From an uncultured Bacilli bacterium (GTDB taxonomy: Bacteria; Bacillota_I; Bacilli_A; RF39; UBA660), in assembly GCA_910587725.1 (NCBI GenBank), contig CAJUNG010000003.1, forward strand, positions 1-62,283: a stretch of DNA of 62,283 nucleotides. Direction: 5' to 3'. The notes beneath the pieces were generated by a model, which was not told the DNA's origin, made no database searches, and worked only from the letters and a program-made list of their open reading frames with translations. Both the position numbers and the translations under genes were made by a program. Below are positions 1-9,514 of the stretch, in pieces. Position 1 is the first letter of the stretch; every line of letters starts with the position of its first letter.

Positions 1-13
1 TACGCATTTTTTG

Positions 14-65
14 TAAAACAAAAAATCTCCTAAAACCCTTATAAATAAAGGAATAGGGAGATTTT
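14..65 (-). terminator. Candidate rho-independent terminator 3' of the pilin-like gene
   Basis: AAAATCTCC (22..30) pairs with GGAGATTTT (57..65), with a nested CCTT/AAGG stem. On the minus strand the hairpin is followed by TTGTTTT. Confidence 0.5.
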
Positions 66-137
66 ATCATTCAAAAAATGATAAATTTGAGAATATAACA
101 CATATTTTTTGGTTGTTCAAGCATTTTTTAAAATTTT

Positions 138-2738
138 CTAAAATTTTAAAAATTTAATTTTACCGACACCATTTCCGGTGATATTTCCATTACTTTGGCT
201 AACTTTTGATACGCCAGAATCAACACTACTTGTTCCCCCTTGTCCACCAACACCAGAAATCGTCGTTCCTCCAGTCGTACATGTATTATGACCTGTCTTA
301 CATCCATCATATTGTTGATCGCATCCGTACTGACAGGTATTCTTAGTAGATGCACAGTCATTCCAAACTTGTTCGTATCCATGACATTGAAAGGAATGCT
401 TTCCTGAACACCTACCACAATCCCATATAGTTTCACTTCCACAGGCAGAATTTTGACAAGTTTTTGCTCTATAAGTAATACAAGCCCAATCATTTACCAT
501 TCCTGCAGCTAATACACAATCTGTCTTAGTATTATGACCCCTTGAACTATCATCAAAGTTAATACTATATTGGTTTACTACCGTCCATCCACAAGCTTCA
601 GTTTGACAAGTTTTATACAAACTACAGGAGCAACGATTACAATTTCCATTCACATATCCCCCAACACATTCATTAGGATTTCCCCATTTGCAACTGCTAC
701 AGTTGACATCCCAGTATCCTGGTTGACAGGTATTTTCTCCCGTCCAACAAGAAACAACAAAGCTTCGATTATTACTTCGTCCGCCCCCGCTTCCATTGCT
801 ACCAGCACTTCCTGATTGTCCTCCACTTTGACTAATTAAACTTCCTTTATTCGTTGGTGCATTAGGCGTTACTCCACCTAAGGAATTTCCATTTCCTCCA
901 ATTCCTCCACCAGAGCCTCCACCTCCTCCGGCACCAATTAAAAGTCTTGTTGAACCTTTCGAAATGATGGTACTTCCTCCTCCACTTCCAGAGTATCCAC
1001 TTCCACCACTTCCTACTTTTCCTATACTAAAGTTTATTGTATCTCCTTTATATAAGTATACACTTCCAACTATCGTTCCCCCTTTTCCTCCATTATTACT
1101 TCCTTGAGCTCCACTTGAGGTTATCTGATAGTATCCACTTGCATATATCTTCGTACTTCCATTCTCAGTAAATACTTTCTCATTTCCATTAACAACATCA
1201 ATTATATTGCTTCCACTCGCTGTATTTCCTGCTCCTGTTCGACTACTACAACTAACCGTATAGTTTCCCTCACTTCGTATAAGACTAGAAATTGCACTAT
1301 TTATCGTTACACTTCCATTTGTGTTTCTATAGACGACACTACTTCCATACTTACACTCTAATACTCCACCAGAAGAACCAAAGGTACCAAACCTAAACAT
1401 ACTAGAAAATGTCTCATTCATCGCACTACTTCCTAGTAATCTTCCATGGGCCTGACTAACTGGCGTAATTCCGACAACTGTCTTATCAATTTTTACTGTA
1501 TAGCACTTCGTATCACTTAAATTTCCTTCCATATCCACTGCTCGTACACATACTGGATGGTGGCTCTCTCCTAAAGTAAAGGTATTTCCACCAATATTTA
1601 CCCAACTTCCATTATCTAACTGTCGCTGATAAGTACTAATTGTAATATTATAAGCAACATTACTAGATAACGTACTCACAACATTACTAACGGACCACGA
1701 ACCAGATAAATAACTTCCTTTCGCATTACTTAACTTGTAACTTACCTTTAAATCAATTACATGAACGGTATTACTTCCTGTTCTAGTGATTCCTGCTCCT
1801 GTTTTTGCTGTACAACTTACGGTATAGCTTCCTTCTTTTTTAATATATTCATTTAACTTCTTATTAATCGTTATCTCTCCACTTTGGTTTTGATAAACTA
1901 CATTACTTCCATATTGACAAGTAATATTTACTCCACTTGGTCCATATGGGGTAAAAGTAAATAAAGTCGAAGTCAAATCATTTAAGGTAGGAGATACCAA
2001 CACTCTTCCATGCGCTTGGAATACTGGTTTTACTTCTACAATAGTTTTATCAATCTTCACGGTATAACATACCGCATCACTAATATTTCCATCAATATCG
2101 ATTGCGCGAACACATACATGATGAGACTCCTGAAGAACAAAACTATTTCCACTAAAGTCTTGCCATGCCCCTCCATCTATACTTCTCTGATAAGTGTCAA
2201 CACGAACACCAAAAAGTTGATTATGATAAAACTCTTGATAGATATTCGTACTACTCCATGTATTTTCCTTATAACTTGCACCACTGCTATTTTCGTGTCT
2301 TAATACATAATCGACTTCGTACTTACTATTATTACTTTCACATTTTGGATTATCCGTCTTATATTCTCCACAAGTAAAACAAGGGGTATATTCATACTTA
2401 TCATCTCCCGTTTTCTCAATAACGACATAACCTTCTTTACTATCACACGGTTTTCCCTTATGGTCAGTAATTTGCTCCATCTCGCCATACTTCACAATTT
2501 GTTCTAACGTAATTCTTTTATATCCACCTAAATTTTTGGGCGTAAAAGATGGGTTATCGGCAAGAAAGTCTACTGCGGATAACTTAATAGAGTCCTCTAA
2601 GGTATCATAATATTGTTTTTCAGTTTTCCCCAAAAAGTCTCTTACTGCAGGGTACGCAATCATAAAAAGTACTGGCAAAATGACCAGAATTGCCAACAGT
2701 TCAATTAATGTAAATCCCTTGTTTCTTTTGTTTTCCAT
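138..2738 (-). CDS. Giant modular type IV pilin-like (prepilin-type N-terminus) surface protein with Ig-like repeats, an ALK/LTK-like glycine-rich domain and a Cys-rich insert
   Basis: Track ORF 138..2783 starts at a TTG with no RBS. The preferred start is ATG 2738, giving MENKRNKG|FTLIELLAILVIL, a class III leader ending in Gly followed by the N-methylation/hydrophobic motif. Next come two 187-aa tandem repeats, a Gly-rich block (GGKGG..GSGGSGYSGSGGG..GAGGGGGSGGGIGGNG), 22 Cys within about 160 aa, and a C-terminal GNGVGKIKF strand. Confidence 0.85.
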   Translation of the reverse strand: MENKRNKGFTLIELLAILVILPVLFMIAYPAVRDFLGKTEKQYYDTLEDSIKLSAVDFLADNPSFTPKNLGGYKRITLEQIVKYGEMEQITDHKGKPCDSKEGYVVIEKTGDDKYEYTPCFTCGEYKTDNPKCESNNSKYEVDYVLRHENSSGASYKENTWSSTNIYQEFYHNQLFGVRVDTYQRSIDGGAWQDFSGNSFVLQESHHVCVRAIDIDGNISDAVCYTVKIDKTIVEVKPVFQAHGRVLVSPTLNDLTSTLFTFTPYGPSGVNITCQYGSNVVYQNQSGEITINKKLNEYIKKEGSYTVSCTAKTGAGITRTGSNTVHVIDLKVSYKLSNAKGSYLSGSWSVSNVVSTLSSNVAYNITISTYQRQLDNGSWVNIGGNTFTLGESHHPVCVRAVDMEGNLSDTKCYTVKIDKTVVGITPVSQAHGRLLGSSAMNETFSSMFRFGTFGSSGGVLECKYGSSVVYRNTNGSVTINSAISSLIRSEGNYTVSCSSRTGAGNTASGSNIIDVVNGNEKVFTENGSTKIYASGYYQITSSGAQGSNNGGKGGTIVGSVYLYKGDTINFSIGKVGSGGSGYSGSGGGSTIISKGSTRLLIGAGGGGGSGGGIGGNGNSLGGVTPNAPTNKGSLISQSGGQSGSAGSNGSGGGRSNNRSFVVSCWTGENTCQPGYWDVNCSSCKWGNPNECVGGYVNGNCNRCSCSLYKTCQTEACGWTVVNQYSINFDDSSRGHNTKTDCVLAAGMVNDWACITYRAKTCQNSACGSETIWDCGRCSGKHSFQCHGYEQVWNDCASTKNTCQYGCDQQYDGCKTGHNTCTTGGTTISGVGGQGGTSSVDSGVSKVSQSNGNITGNGVGKIKFLKF
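1185..2306 (-). repeat. Intragenic tandem duplication (2 x about 187 aa; about 561 nt each) in the pilin-like gene
   Basis: TYQRSIDGGAWQDFSGNSFVLQESHHVCVRAIDIDGNISDAVCYTVKIDKT aligns with TYQRQLDNGSWVNIGGNTFTLGESHHPVCVRAVDMEGNLSDTKCYTVKIDKT at a 187-aa offset. Similarity continues through SYTVSCTAKTGAG / NYTVSCSSRTGAG. Confidence 0.85.
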
Positions 2739-2778
2739 CGCTTCTAGCCTACCTTCTATCTTTATTTTATCATGAAAA

Positions 2779-2806
2779 GACAAAAGAAAAAAGAGGAAAA
2801 TCCTCT
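2779..2806 (-). terminator. Rho-independent terminator of the ABC exporter operon
   Basis: Minus strand reads AGAGGAttTTCCTCT followed by TTTTTCTTTTG. The stem overlaps the TAG stop of the 2805..4778 gene. Confidence 0.6.
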
Positions 2807-4778
2807 ATTCTTCAAATTGCGAATTATAAAGTTTCGCATAAAATCCATTTTTCTTTAATAATTCATCATGTGTTCCTTGTTCGACAATATCCCCATCTTG
2901 CATTACCAAAATCAAATCAGCGTTACGAATCGTAGAAAGTCGGTGAGCAATAATAAAACTAGTTCGTCCTTGCATCAATTGGTCCATTGCCTCTTGAATT
3001 AAAAGCTCTAACCTCGTATCAACACTAGAAGTAGCTTCATCCAAAATCAAAATTTTCGGATTCTTTAAAATTACTCTCGCAATTGTTAACAATTGTTTCT
3101 GACCCTCAGAAATATTACTTGCTTCTTCATTAATTTCCATACCATAACCATCTGGTAAAGTCTTAATAAAGTGTTCAATTCGAGAAGTTCTAGCAACCGT
3201 TTCGATTTCCTCAAAAGTTGAATCTAACTTTCCATAACGAATATTATCTTCAATTGTCCCTGAAAATAACCAAGTATCTTGAAGAACCATTCCAAATAAA
3301 CTGCGAAGTTCACTTCTCGTATACTCCTGAATATTTTTGCCATCAACGGTAATCATACCTTCATCAACATCATAAAAACGCATTAATAATTTAACAATCG
3401 TCGTCTTTCCAGCCCCCGTTGGTCCAACAATCGCAATTTTTTGCCCTGGTTTTACTTTAGCACTAAAATCTTTAATGATTTTCTTATCCTCTGTATAACC
3501 GAAAGCAACCTTTTTAAACTCAACTGTTCCTTTGATTTTATCTAAATCGATATCGCCCACCTTGGTCTCTATTTCTTCTTCAGTTTCTAAAAAGGCAAAT
3601 ACCCTTTCTGCTGCTGCGGCCATAGACTGCAATAAATTAGCAATCTGAGCAATTTGAGCAATGGGTTGATTAAACTGACGAATATACTGAGAAAAAGACA
3701 AAATGTAACCAATTTCTAATTTACCTTGTATCGTTAAATAACCACCAAAAATAGAAATCATCACATATCCTAAATTCCCGATAAAACTCATAATTGGATG
3801 CATCATCCCTGATAGAAACTGACTTTTCCAAGCGGTATGATATAACTTTTCATTAGCTTCATTAAATGCCTCACGAGCTTTATCTTCTCGATTAAAAGTT
3901 TTTACAATCACATGACCTGCATAAATTTCTTCAACTTGAGAATTTACCTCTGCTAAATACTCCTGTTGCATCACAAAATACTTTTGAGAACGTCTTACTA
4001 CAAACATAATCAAAAGAAGAGAAACTGGTAAAATCAAAAGAGACGCTCCAGTTAAAATAGGAGAAATCGATAACATCATGATAATAATTCCAATCAGTGT
4101 AACAATCGAAGAAATAACTTGTGATAAACTTTGTGATAAATTATTACTTAATGTATCAATATCATTGGTTAAGATAGACAAAACTTCTCCATTAGTCCTC
4201 TCTTCAAAATATTTAAGAGGAATATGATTCATCTTAATCGATAACTCTTTTCTTAGCTTATAACTGATTCGTTCCGTAACTTCACTCATGATTAAGCTTT
4301 GGATGATAGAAAAAGAGGCACTAATAATATATAAAATGAGCAAAGTAAGCAAAATTGTCTGAATCTTATCAAAATTAATTCCCTCTCCGCCAGTAAGCTT
4401 AGAAATTAATCCTGTCGAAATTTCCGTTGTTGCACGCCCTAAAATTTTAGGACCGATAATTGAAAATACACTACTTCCAATCGCAAATAATAAACAGAAG
4501 AAAATTCCTAGGCGATATCCTTTTAAATAACGGAAAAGTTTTTTTACTGTACCTTTAAAATCATTCGCCTTCTCTCCTGGTGCCATAGGTCCTCTAGGCA
4601 TTGGTCCACTAGGCCTTTTTGGTTGTTTTTTTACTTCCTTCACTAGTTTTTGGTCTACCTTTTTTGGCTCCTCCACTTGCTTTTTTACTGTTTGCGCTTG
4701 TGGTTTTCTTTTTGCTTCCGGCATCTTTTCTTTGGCTTTCTTGCTTGCTTCTTTCTTTTGTACGTTTTCCTTTGCCAT
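2805..4778 (-). CDS. ABC exporter half-transporter (fused permease and ATPase), second subunit of a heterodimeric pair, with a Lys-rich N-terminal extension
   Basis: Six-TM region followed by Walker A GPTGAGKTT, signature SEGQKQLL and Walker B ILILDEATS. RBS AAAGGAGGAG lies 7 nt before ATG 4778. Confidence 0.9.
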   Translation of the reverse strand: MAKENVQKKEASKKAKEKMPEAKRKPQAQTVKKQVEEPKKVDQKLVKEVKKQPKRPSGPMPRGPMAPGEKANDFKGTVKKLFRYLKGYRLGIFFCLLFAIGSSVFSIIGPKILGRATTEISTGLISKLTGGEGINFDKIQTILLTLLILYIISASFSIIQSLIMSEVTERISYKLRKELSIKMNHIPLKYFEERTNGEVLSILTNDIDTLSNNLSQSLSQVISSIVTLIGIIIMMLSISPILTGASLLILPVSLLLIMFVVRRSQKYFVMQQEYLAEVNSQVEEIYAGHVIVKTFNREDKAREAFNEANEKLYHTAWKSQFLSGMMHPIMSFIGNLGYVMISIFGGYLTIQGKLEIGYILSFSQYIRQFNQPIAQIAQIANLLQSMAAAAERVFAFLETEEEIETKVGDIDLDKIKGTVEFKKVAFGYTEDKKIIKDFSAKVKPGQKIAIVGPTGAGKTTIVKLLMRFYDVDEGMITVDGKNIQEYTRSELRSLFGMVLQDTWLFSGTIEDNIRYGKLDSTFEEIETVARTSRIEHFIKTLPDGYGMEINEEASNISEGQKQLLTIARVILKNPKILILDEATSSVDTRLELLIQEAMDQLMQGRTSFIIAHRLSTIRNADLILVMQDGDIVEQGTHDELLKKNGFYAKLYNSQFEE

Positions 4779-6951
4779 TCTTCATCTCCTCCTTTCCTAA
4801 TTGACTGCTTGCAATTTCACGATATACTGAGCAATTTTCTAACAATTCCTCATGTGTTCCTATCCCAACTACGCTTCCCTCATCTAAAACTAGAATTTGT
4901 TCTGCATTCATAATCGTCGAAACCCGTTGTGCAACAATTAAAATGGTTTTATCCTTCATTTCTTTCTTAATCGCACTTCTCAACGCTTGATCGGTTTTAA
5001 AATCAAGTGCCGAAAATGAATCATCAAAAATATAAATATCGGCATTTTTAGCAATCGCACGGGCAATCGAAAGACGTTGTTTCTGTCCACCAGAGACATT
5101 GCTTCCTCCTTGAGCGATATAAGAATCATAACCCTCTTCTTTTTCTTCGATAAAACTTGTCGCTTGGGCAATCTCCGCTGCTTTTTTCATTTCTTTATCG
5201 GTTAAATCGGGTTTTCCATATTTTATATTTTCTTGAATTGTACCACTAAACAAAATCCCTTTTTGAGGAACATAACCAATTTTATCATGTAACTCTTTTA
5301 GAGGAATTTCTTTAATGTTTACTCCATCCACTAAAATCTCTCCGCTTGTTGCATCAAAAAGTCGAGGGATTAAATTGATGAGTGTACTCTTTCCACTTCC
5401 TGTAGAACCAATAAATGCCGTTGTCGTTCCAGGTGTTGCTTTAAAACTAATATCACTGATGACATCATAATTCGCATCAGGATAACGAAAGGCCACTTTT
5501 TTAAACTCTACGATACCACGGTTAGAAGAAGATAACGGTTTTGTCTCTTTCGCATCTTCAATCATCGGTTTTTCTAGTATAACTTCGTCAATTCTCTTAA
5601 GGGATACAACTGCTCTTGGAATCATAATCGATACCATAGAAATCATAAGGAATGACATAATAATTTGCATAGAATATTGAATAAATGCCATCATATCTCC
5701 AAGGGCCAAGGTTCCTGCATCAATTCCTTTTGCACCAAACCATACAATTAGTAGAGCAACACCATTCATAATAAATGACATTAGTGGCATCATAAAACTC
5801 ATCATTCGGTTAACGAATAAAGAAACACGCATATATTTTTTATTTACTCCGTCAAAACGTTCTTCTTCGTGTTGTTCATTTCCAAATGCTCGAATTGGTA
5901 AAATTCCGTTTAAAATCTCACGAGAAACCAAATTTAATTTATCCACCAATTTCTGAATTACAGAGAATTTCGGAAGAACTAAAATAAATAAAGTGATAAT
6001 AATACTAAGAATGGAAAGAAGAGCAACACCGATAATCCAAGCCATCGATGCATCAGAAGACAATACTTTAAAGAGGGCTCCCACACCAATAATCGGAGCA
6101 TAAATAACCGTTCTAATAATCATCACTAGCATCATTTGAATTTGCGTAACATCATTCGTACTTCTAGTAATTAAGCTAGCAACACCAAATTTTTTCATTT
6201 CTGTATTAGAAAACGACAATACTTTCGAAAATACTCTCTCCCGTAAACTTTTAGCAAGTCCTGCTGCCATTCTTGCCCCAATAAAACCAACACTAACAGT
6301 GCAACACATACTAACAAGGGCAATTAAAATCATCTTAACCCCAGTTCTTAAAATATAATCCGTCTGGATTTTATCAGTATCCATTCCCACTGCTTTATAC
6401 TCCCCTTGAATAAAAGCAAGTACGGCACTTTCTTGAAAAGATTCTGGAATTTTTTCCATTTGTAAGGAAAACTTTGAAATAAATTCTTTCTTTGCTTCCT
6501 TTGGCATCAAAAGAAACTCTTCTAACGAAAAGTCAGCAAAAAAGGCTGCACTCATTTCACTATTTTGAAGTGCACTTAAAATTAATATCGGCTTTCTTAA
6601 AATTTCGCTAGTTCTCGCATCACGGTCACCATTCACTAAATAAATCGCTTCATTTGCTAACGCCGGATATTTTTTTACATATAGTTCATATTTATTATTT
6701 AAAAAAGAATAACTACTAAGAATAATTTGTTTTTCCTCATCACTCATCATTTCCGTTAACATCTTCATCGTACTTCGACGCATTACCTCAGGAACAGAAG
6801 AATCAATTCCACCCTGACTAATTCCAACATTAATAATATTTGAAGTATAAGTAGGTAATGATAAATCACAACTTGCCTGAATCACTAATAAGATAAAAAT
6901 CAAAAAAAGTGAGCGATAATATTTTCTTAAATATTTAAACAATGTTCTCAT
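4609..6951 (-). CDS. ABC exporter half-transporter (fused permease and ATPase), first subunit, with a long periplasmic-side insert after TM1
   Basis: Walker A GSTGSGKST, signature SGGQKQRLSIARA and Walker B IYIFDDSFSALD. RBS AGGAGGGG precedes ATG 6951. The last 57 codons overlap the next gene out of frame. Confidence 0.9.
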   Translation of the reverse strand: MRTLFKYLRKYYRSLFLIFILLVIQASCDLSLPTYTSNIINVGISQGGIDSSVPEVMRRSTMKMLTEMMSDEEKQIILSSYSFLNNKYELYVKKYPALANEAIYLVNGDRDARTSEILRKPILILSALQNSEMSAAFFADFSLEEFLLMPKEAKKEFISKFSLQMEKIPESFQESAVLAFIQGEYKAVGMDTDKIQTDYILRTGVKMILIALVSMCCTVSVGFIGARMAAGLAKSLRERVFSKVLSFSNTEMKKFGVASLITRSTNDVTQIQMMLVMIIRTVIYAPIIGVGALFKVLSSDASMAWIIGVALLSILSIIITLFILVLPKFSVIQKLVDKLNLVSREILNGILPIRAFGNEQHEEERFDGVNKKYMRVSLFVNRMMSFMMPLMSFIMNGVALLIVWFGAKGIDAGTLALGDMMAFIQYSMQIIMSFLMISMVSIMIPRAVVSLKRIDEVILEKPMIEDAKETKPLSSSNRGIVEFKKVAFRYPDANYDVISDISFKATPGTTTAFIGSTGSGKSTLINLIPRLFDATSGEILVDGVNIKEIPLKELHDKIGYVPQKGILFSGTIQENIKYGKPDLTDKEMKKAAEIAQATSFIEEKEEGYDSYIAQGGSNVSGGQKQRLSIARAIAKNADIYIFDDSFSALDFKTDQALRSAIKKEMKDKTILIVAQRVSTIMNAEQILVLDEGSVVGIGTHEELLENCSVYREIASSQLGKEEMKNGKGKRTKERSKQESQRKDAGSKKKTTSANSKKASGGAKKGRPKTSEGSKKTTKKA

Positions 6952-7010
6952 ACTTTCCCCTCCTATTTATATTCTTATGTAAAGTGAGTAAAACTTTTTC
7001 ATAGTTTCTT

Positions 7011-7039
7011 ATTATATTCAAATTTTATGGTAACGTCAA
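7011..7039 (-). promoter_or_regulatory. Sigma-A-type promoter of the ABC exporter operon
   Basis: Minus strand reads TTGACG (7034..7039), a 17-nt spacer, then TATAAT (7011..7016). Confidence 0.6.
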
Positions 7040-7065
7040 GAAATATACCAAAAAATTACATAATC

Positions 7066-8697
7066 TTACACATTCTTTTTCTTTTTAACGAATGTATACC
7101 AATAAAGGCAAGGAAGGAAAAAAATAGATACGATAGAAATCCATCGACTAACAGGAAATCCTCGATAAGTCAAATGATATTTCCCCTCTTTTTCAATTTT
7201 TGCGGCTAAAAATCCTCTTGCACTTTCGTAAGTAGGAATCCGTTCTCCCTCATCATCAACTAATTGATACCCATAATAAAATAATCGTGGAAGTTCAAAT
7301 TCACCTGATTTTTCTAAATGAATCACTTCGAAACTAAAGTCTGGCACCTCATCTTTTAAAATATGAACGTCATCAACAAGGGCATCTTCGATTAAAATCC
7401 CTCTTCCTCGAGAACGAAAATATGTCATATTATAGGAAGTGGAAATAGGCAAGTATTCGGTTTGCCAACCCATACCTCCATCCCACCAAAAATTCTCAAA
7501 ATCGATAAGATTCTGATTGGGAAAATGTAAAGTGAGATGAACGCCAACAATCAAAGAAATCATCACAAGGGCATCAGTAATTGAAGAAGGTTTAATCGCT
7601 TTTAAAGAAAGCGGAGCAAATAAAGAAACCGCAACAGCAACAAAAACCTGAAGTCGCCAAGGAAATTGAATCATCCGAAAGCTAGAAGGTAAAAAGTCCC
7701 AAGGAAACAAAACGGAAGTCATAATAAAACTAGCAAGTCCAAAAACTAAAAAGCCACTAGTGTATGTAGGAAAAGAGATTTTTTTCCGAAAACAATAAGT
7801 AAATACAAGTAAAATCGTTACTACCAAAGGGAAAAACATTTGAATATCATTATGGTCAGATACAGAAAAAGGGTTAACATAGTCAAATAAGGTAAGTGCA
7901 GCCCAATAAATATTTTGTGCCATCGCTCCTTCTTTGAAAACGATATAATTTCCAAATAACTTATGGCAAACAAGGGGAACTAAAAAGAATAAGGTAAGAA
8001 GAAAAACACATCCTGCTGCAGTTAAAAACGGAAGGAAAATCTCTTTTTTAAAAAACTTTTTATGGAAAGTAAGTAAGAAGAGCCCAAAAAGAAAAGTTCC
8101 ATAAACCATCACCGTTAAATGGGAAAGCATAGCCCCTGTATAACCAATAACAAACCAAGGATAAAAGTGTTTTTTATCTCCTTCTAGTAAATATAGAAGT
8201 CCTAAAAGAATCATCGGAATAAAAATAAATAAAAGTACTTCTGCATAAGCACAACGAATATAAACTTCACTAATAAAATAAGGCATCGACATATAAAATA
8301 AGCTAGAAAACAAAGCTAACTTTTCTGACTTTAAAAACTTTTTTGCCAGAAAATACATCATCATTCCCGCAAGATAAATGGTAAGAAAATGAATCACTTT
8401 AAAAACCAAAGAAATATCTGTTGTAAATGTGTTGAAGATAACCCCTGAAAAGGCCGTTACTGTATGGGCAAGTGGAGGATAAAAGATTCGACTTCCATAA
8501 CCAAAATCAGAAGCAATTGTAGGAACTATTAAACTACTACTTTTACCCGTTTCAATTAAATCTTCTATAGCTAGAACATTCGCTACATGAAAATAAGTAT
8601 CATGTCCAGAATGATAAGGATTTCGAAATATAGTTATAGATAAAAAGCAAGTAAATAAAAAAATTAAAAATAAGCTCCCCCATGTTTTCTTTTTCAT
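7066..8697 (-). CDS. Polytopic membrane protein, GT-C-like / PTPS-related (PF10131-like) putative glycosyltransferase
   Basis: More than 10 predicted TM helices. The N-terminal motif HSGHDTYFH..DFGYGSRIFYPPLAH resembles COG5617/PTPS-related membrane proteins. RBS AGAGGTGA is present. Confidence 0.6.
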   Translation of the reverse strand: MKKKTWGSLFLIFLFTCFLSITIFRNPYHSGHDTYFHVANVLAIEDLIETGKSSSLIVPTIASDFGYGSRIFYPPLAHTVTAFSGVIFNTFTTDISLVFKVIHFLTIYLAGMMMYFLAKKFLKSEKLALFSSLFYMSMPYFISEVYIRCAYAEVLLFIFIPMILLGLLYLLEGDKKHFYPWFVIGYTGAMLSHLTVMVYGTFLFGLFLLTFHKKFFKKEIFLPFLTAAGCVFLLTLFFLVPLVCHKLFGNYIVFKEGAMAQNIYWAALTLFDYVNPFSVSDHNDIQMFFPLVVTILLVFTYCFRKKISFPTYTSGFLVFGLASFIMTSVLFPWDFLPSSFRMIQFPWRLQVFVAVAVSLFAPLSLKAIKPSSITDALVMISLIVGVHLTLHFPNQNLIDFENFWWDGGMGWQTEYLPISTSYNMTYFRSRGRGILIEDALVDDVHILKDEVPDFSFEVIHLEKSGEFELPRLFYYGYQLVDDEGERIPTYESARGFLAAKIEKEGKYHLTYRGFPVSRWISIVSIFFLPCLYWYTFVKKKKNV

Positions 8698-8803
8698 CTA
8701 AAATCACCTCTACTACTCTTGAAATAGTATATCAAAGAAGAAGAATTTAGGAAAGAAAAAGAACCAATTTTTTTATCTTTACACCTTCACTTGACAAAAG
8801 CAT

Positions 8804-8832
8804 TTTACATTCTATTCTTTCCTTGTTATAAT
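8804..8832 (+). promoter_or_regulatory. Sigma-A-type promoter (extended -10) of ppiB
   Basis: TTTACA (8804..8809), a 17-nt spacer, then TGtTATAAT (TATAAT 8827..8832). Confidence 0.6.
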
Positions 8833-8851
8833 AAATTTAAGGAGGAGAAAT

Positions 8852-9424
8852 ATGAAAAAGAAAATAGTATATGGATTTACCTTATTTTTGTTTCTATTCA
8901 TGTTAACGGGGTGTGGAAGTGAAAAGATAGAAAAAACAAAAGTGCTAATGAAGGTCAAAGACTATGGAGAAATCACAATCGAGCTAGACCCAACTTATGC
9001 AAAAAAAACGGTTGAAAATTTTAAGGAACTAGTTAGTAGTGGCTTTTATAATGGACTGACCTTTCATCGAATTATTGATGGATTTATGATTCAAGGTGGA
9101 GACCCAGAAGGAACTGGTTTTGGTGGAAGTAGTAAAACAATTAAGGGAGAATTTAGTGAAAATGGTGTAACTAATCCATTAAAACATACCCGTGGAGTCA
9201 TATCGATGGCAAGAAGTGGAAATCCAGATTCTGCAAGTAGTCAATTTTTTATTGTTCATGAGGATAGCCCTCATTTAGATGGATCGTATGCTTCTTTTGG
9301 TATCGTATTAAGTGGAATGGAAGTCGTCGATGAAATCGTTAAAAATACAAAGGTAGAAGATGATGATGGAACGGTATTAAAGAAAAATCAACCAATAATC
9401 GAATCAATCGAAATCATAGAATAA
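8852..9424 (+). CDS. ppiB: Peptidyl-prolyl cis-trans isomerase (cyclophilin type), lipoprotein
   Basis: Lipobox LTGC after the signal peptide. Cyclophilin motifs FHRIIDGFMIQGGDP and SQFFI are present. RBS AAGGAGGAG is present. Confidence 0.92.
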   Translation: MKKKIVYGFTLFLFLFMLTGCGSEKIEKTKVLMKVKDYGEITIELDPTYAKKTVENFKELVSSGFYNGLTFHRIIDGFMIQGGDPEGTGFGGSSKTIKGEFSENGVTNPLKHTRGVISMARSGNPDSASSQFFIVHEDSPHLDGSYASFGIVLSGMEVVDEIVKNTKVEDDDGTVLKKNQPIIESIEIIE

Positions 9425-9474
9425 AAAGGACTGGTACGAAATTAGAAAGATAGTTTCGCATCAGTCCTTTTTTG
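9425..9474 (+). terminator. Rho-independent terminator of ppiB
   Basis: AAAGGACTG..CGAAA...TTTCG..CAGTCCTTTTTT long hairpin with a U-tract. Confidence 0.7.
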
Positions 9475-9514
9475 TAACAAATAAAGAGGACTTTTTCTAG
9501 TTCCTCTTTTTTTC

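Noticed and set aside
146-2488. Track ORFs 146..493(-), 570..815(+), 2010..2303(+), 2165..2377(+) and 2300..2488(-) inside the pilin-like gene.
   Set aside because: All lie within or antisense to a long, motif-rich ORF. They have no RBS and low-complexity translations, so they are shadow ORFs.
4619-5171. Track ORFs 4619..4804(+), 4650..4913(+) and 4980..5171(-) in the ABC genes.
   Set aside because: These are antisense or alternate-frame products of purine/pyrimidine-rich DNA that encodes the Lys-rich tails. They have no RBS and Phe/Leu-rich nonsense composition.
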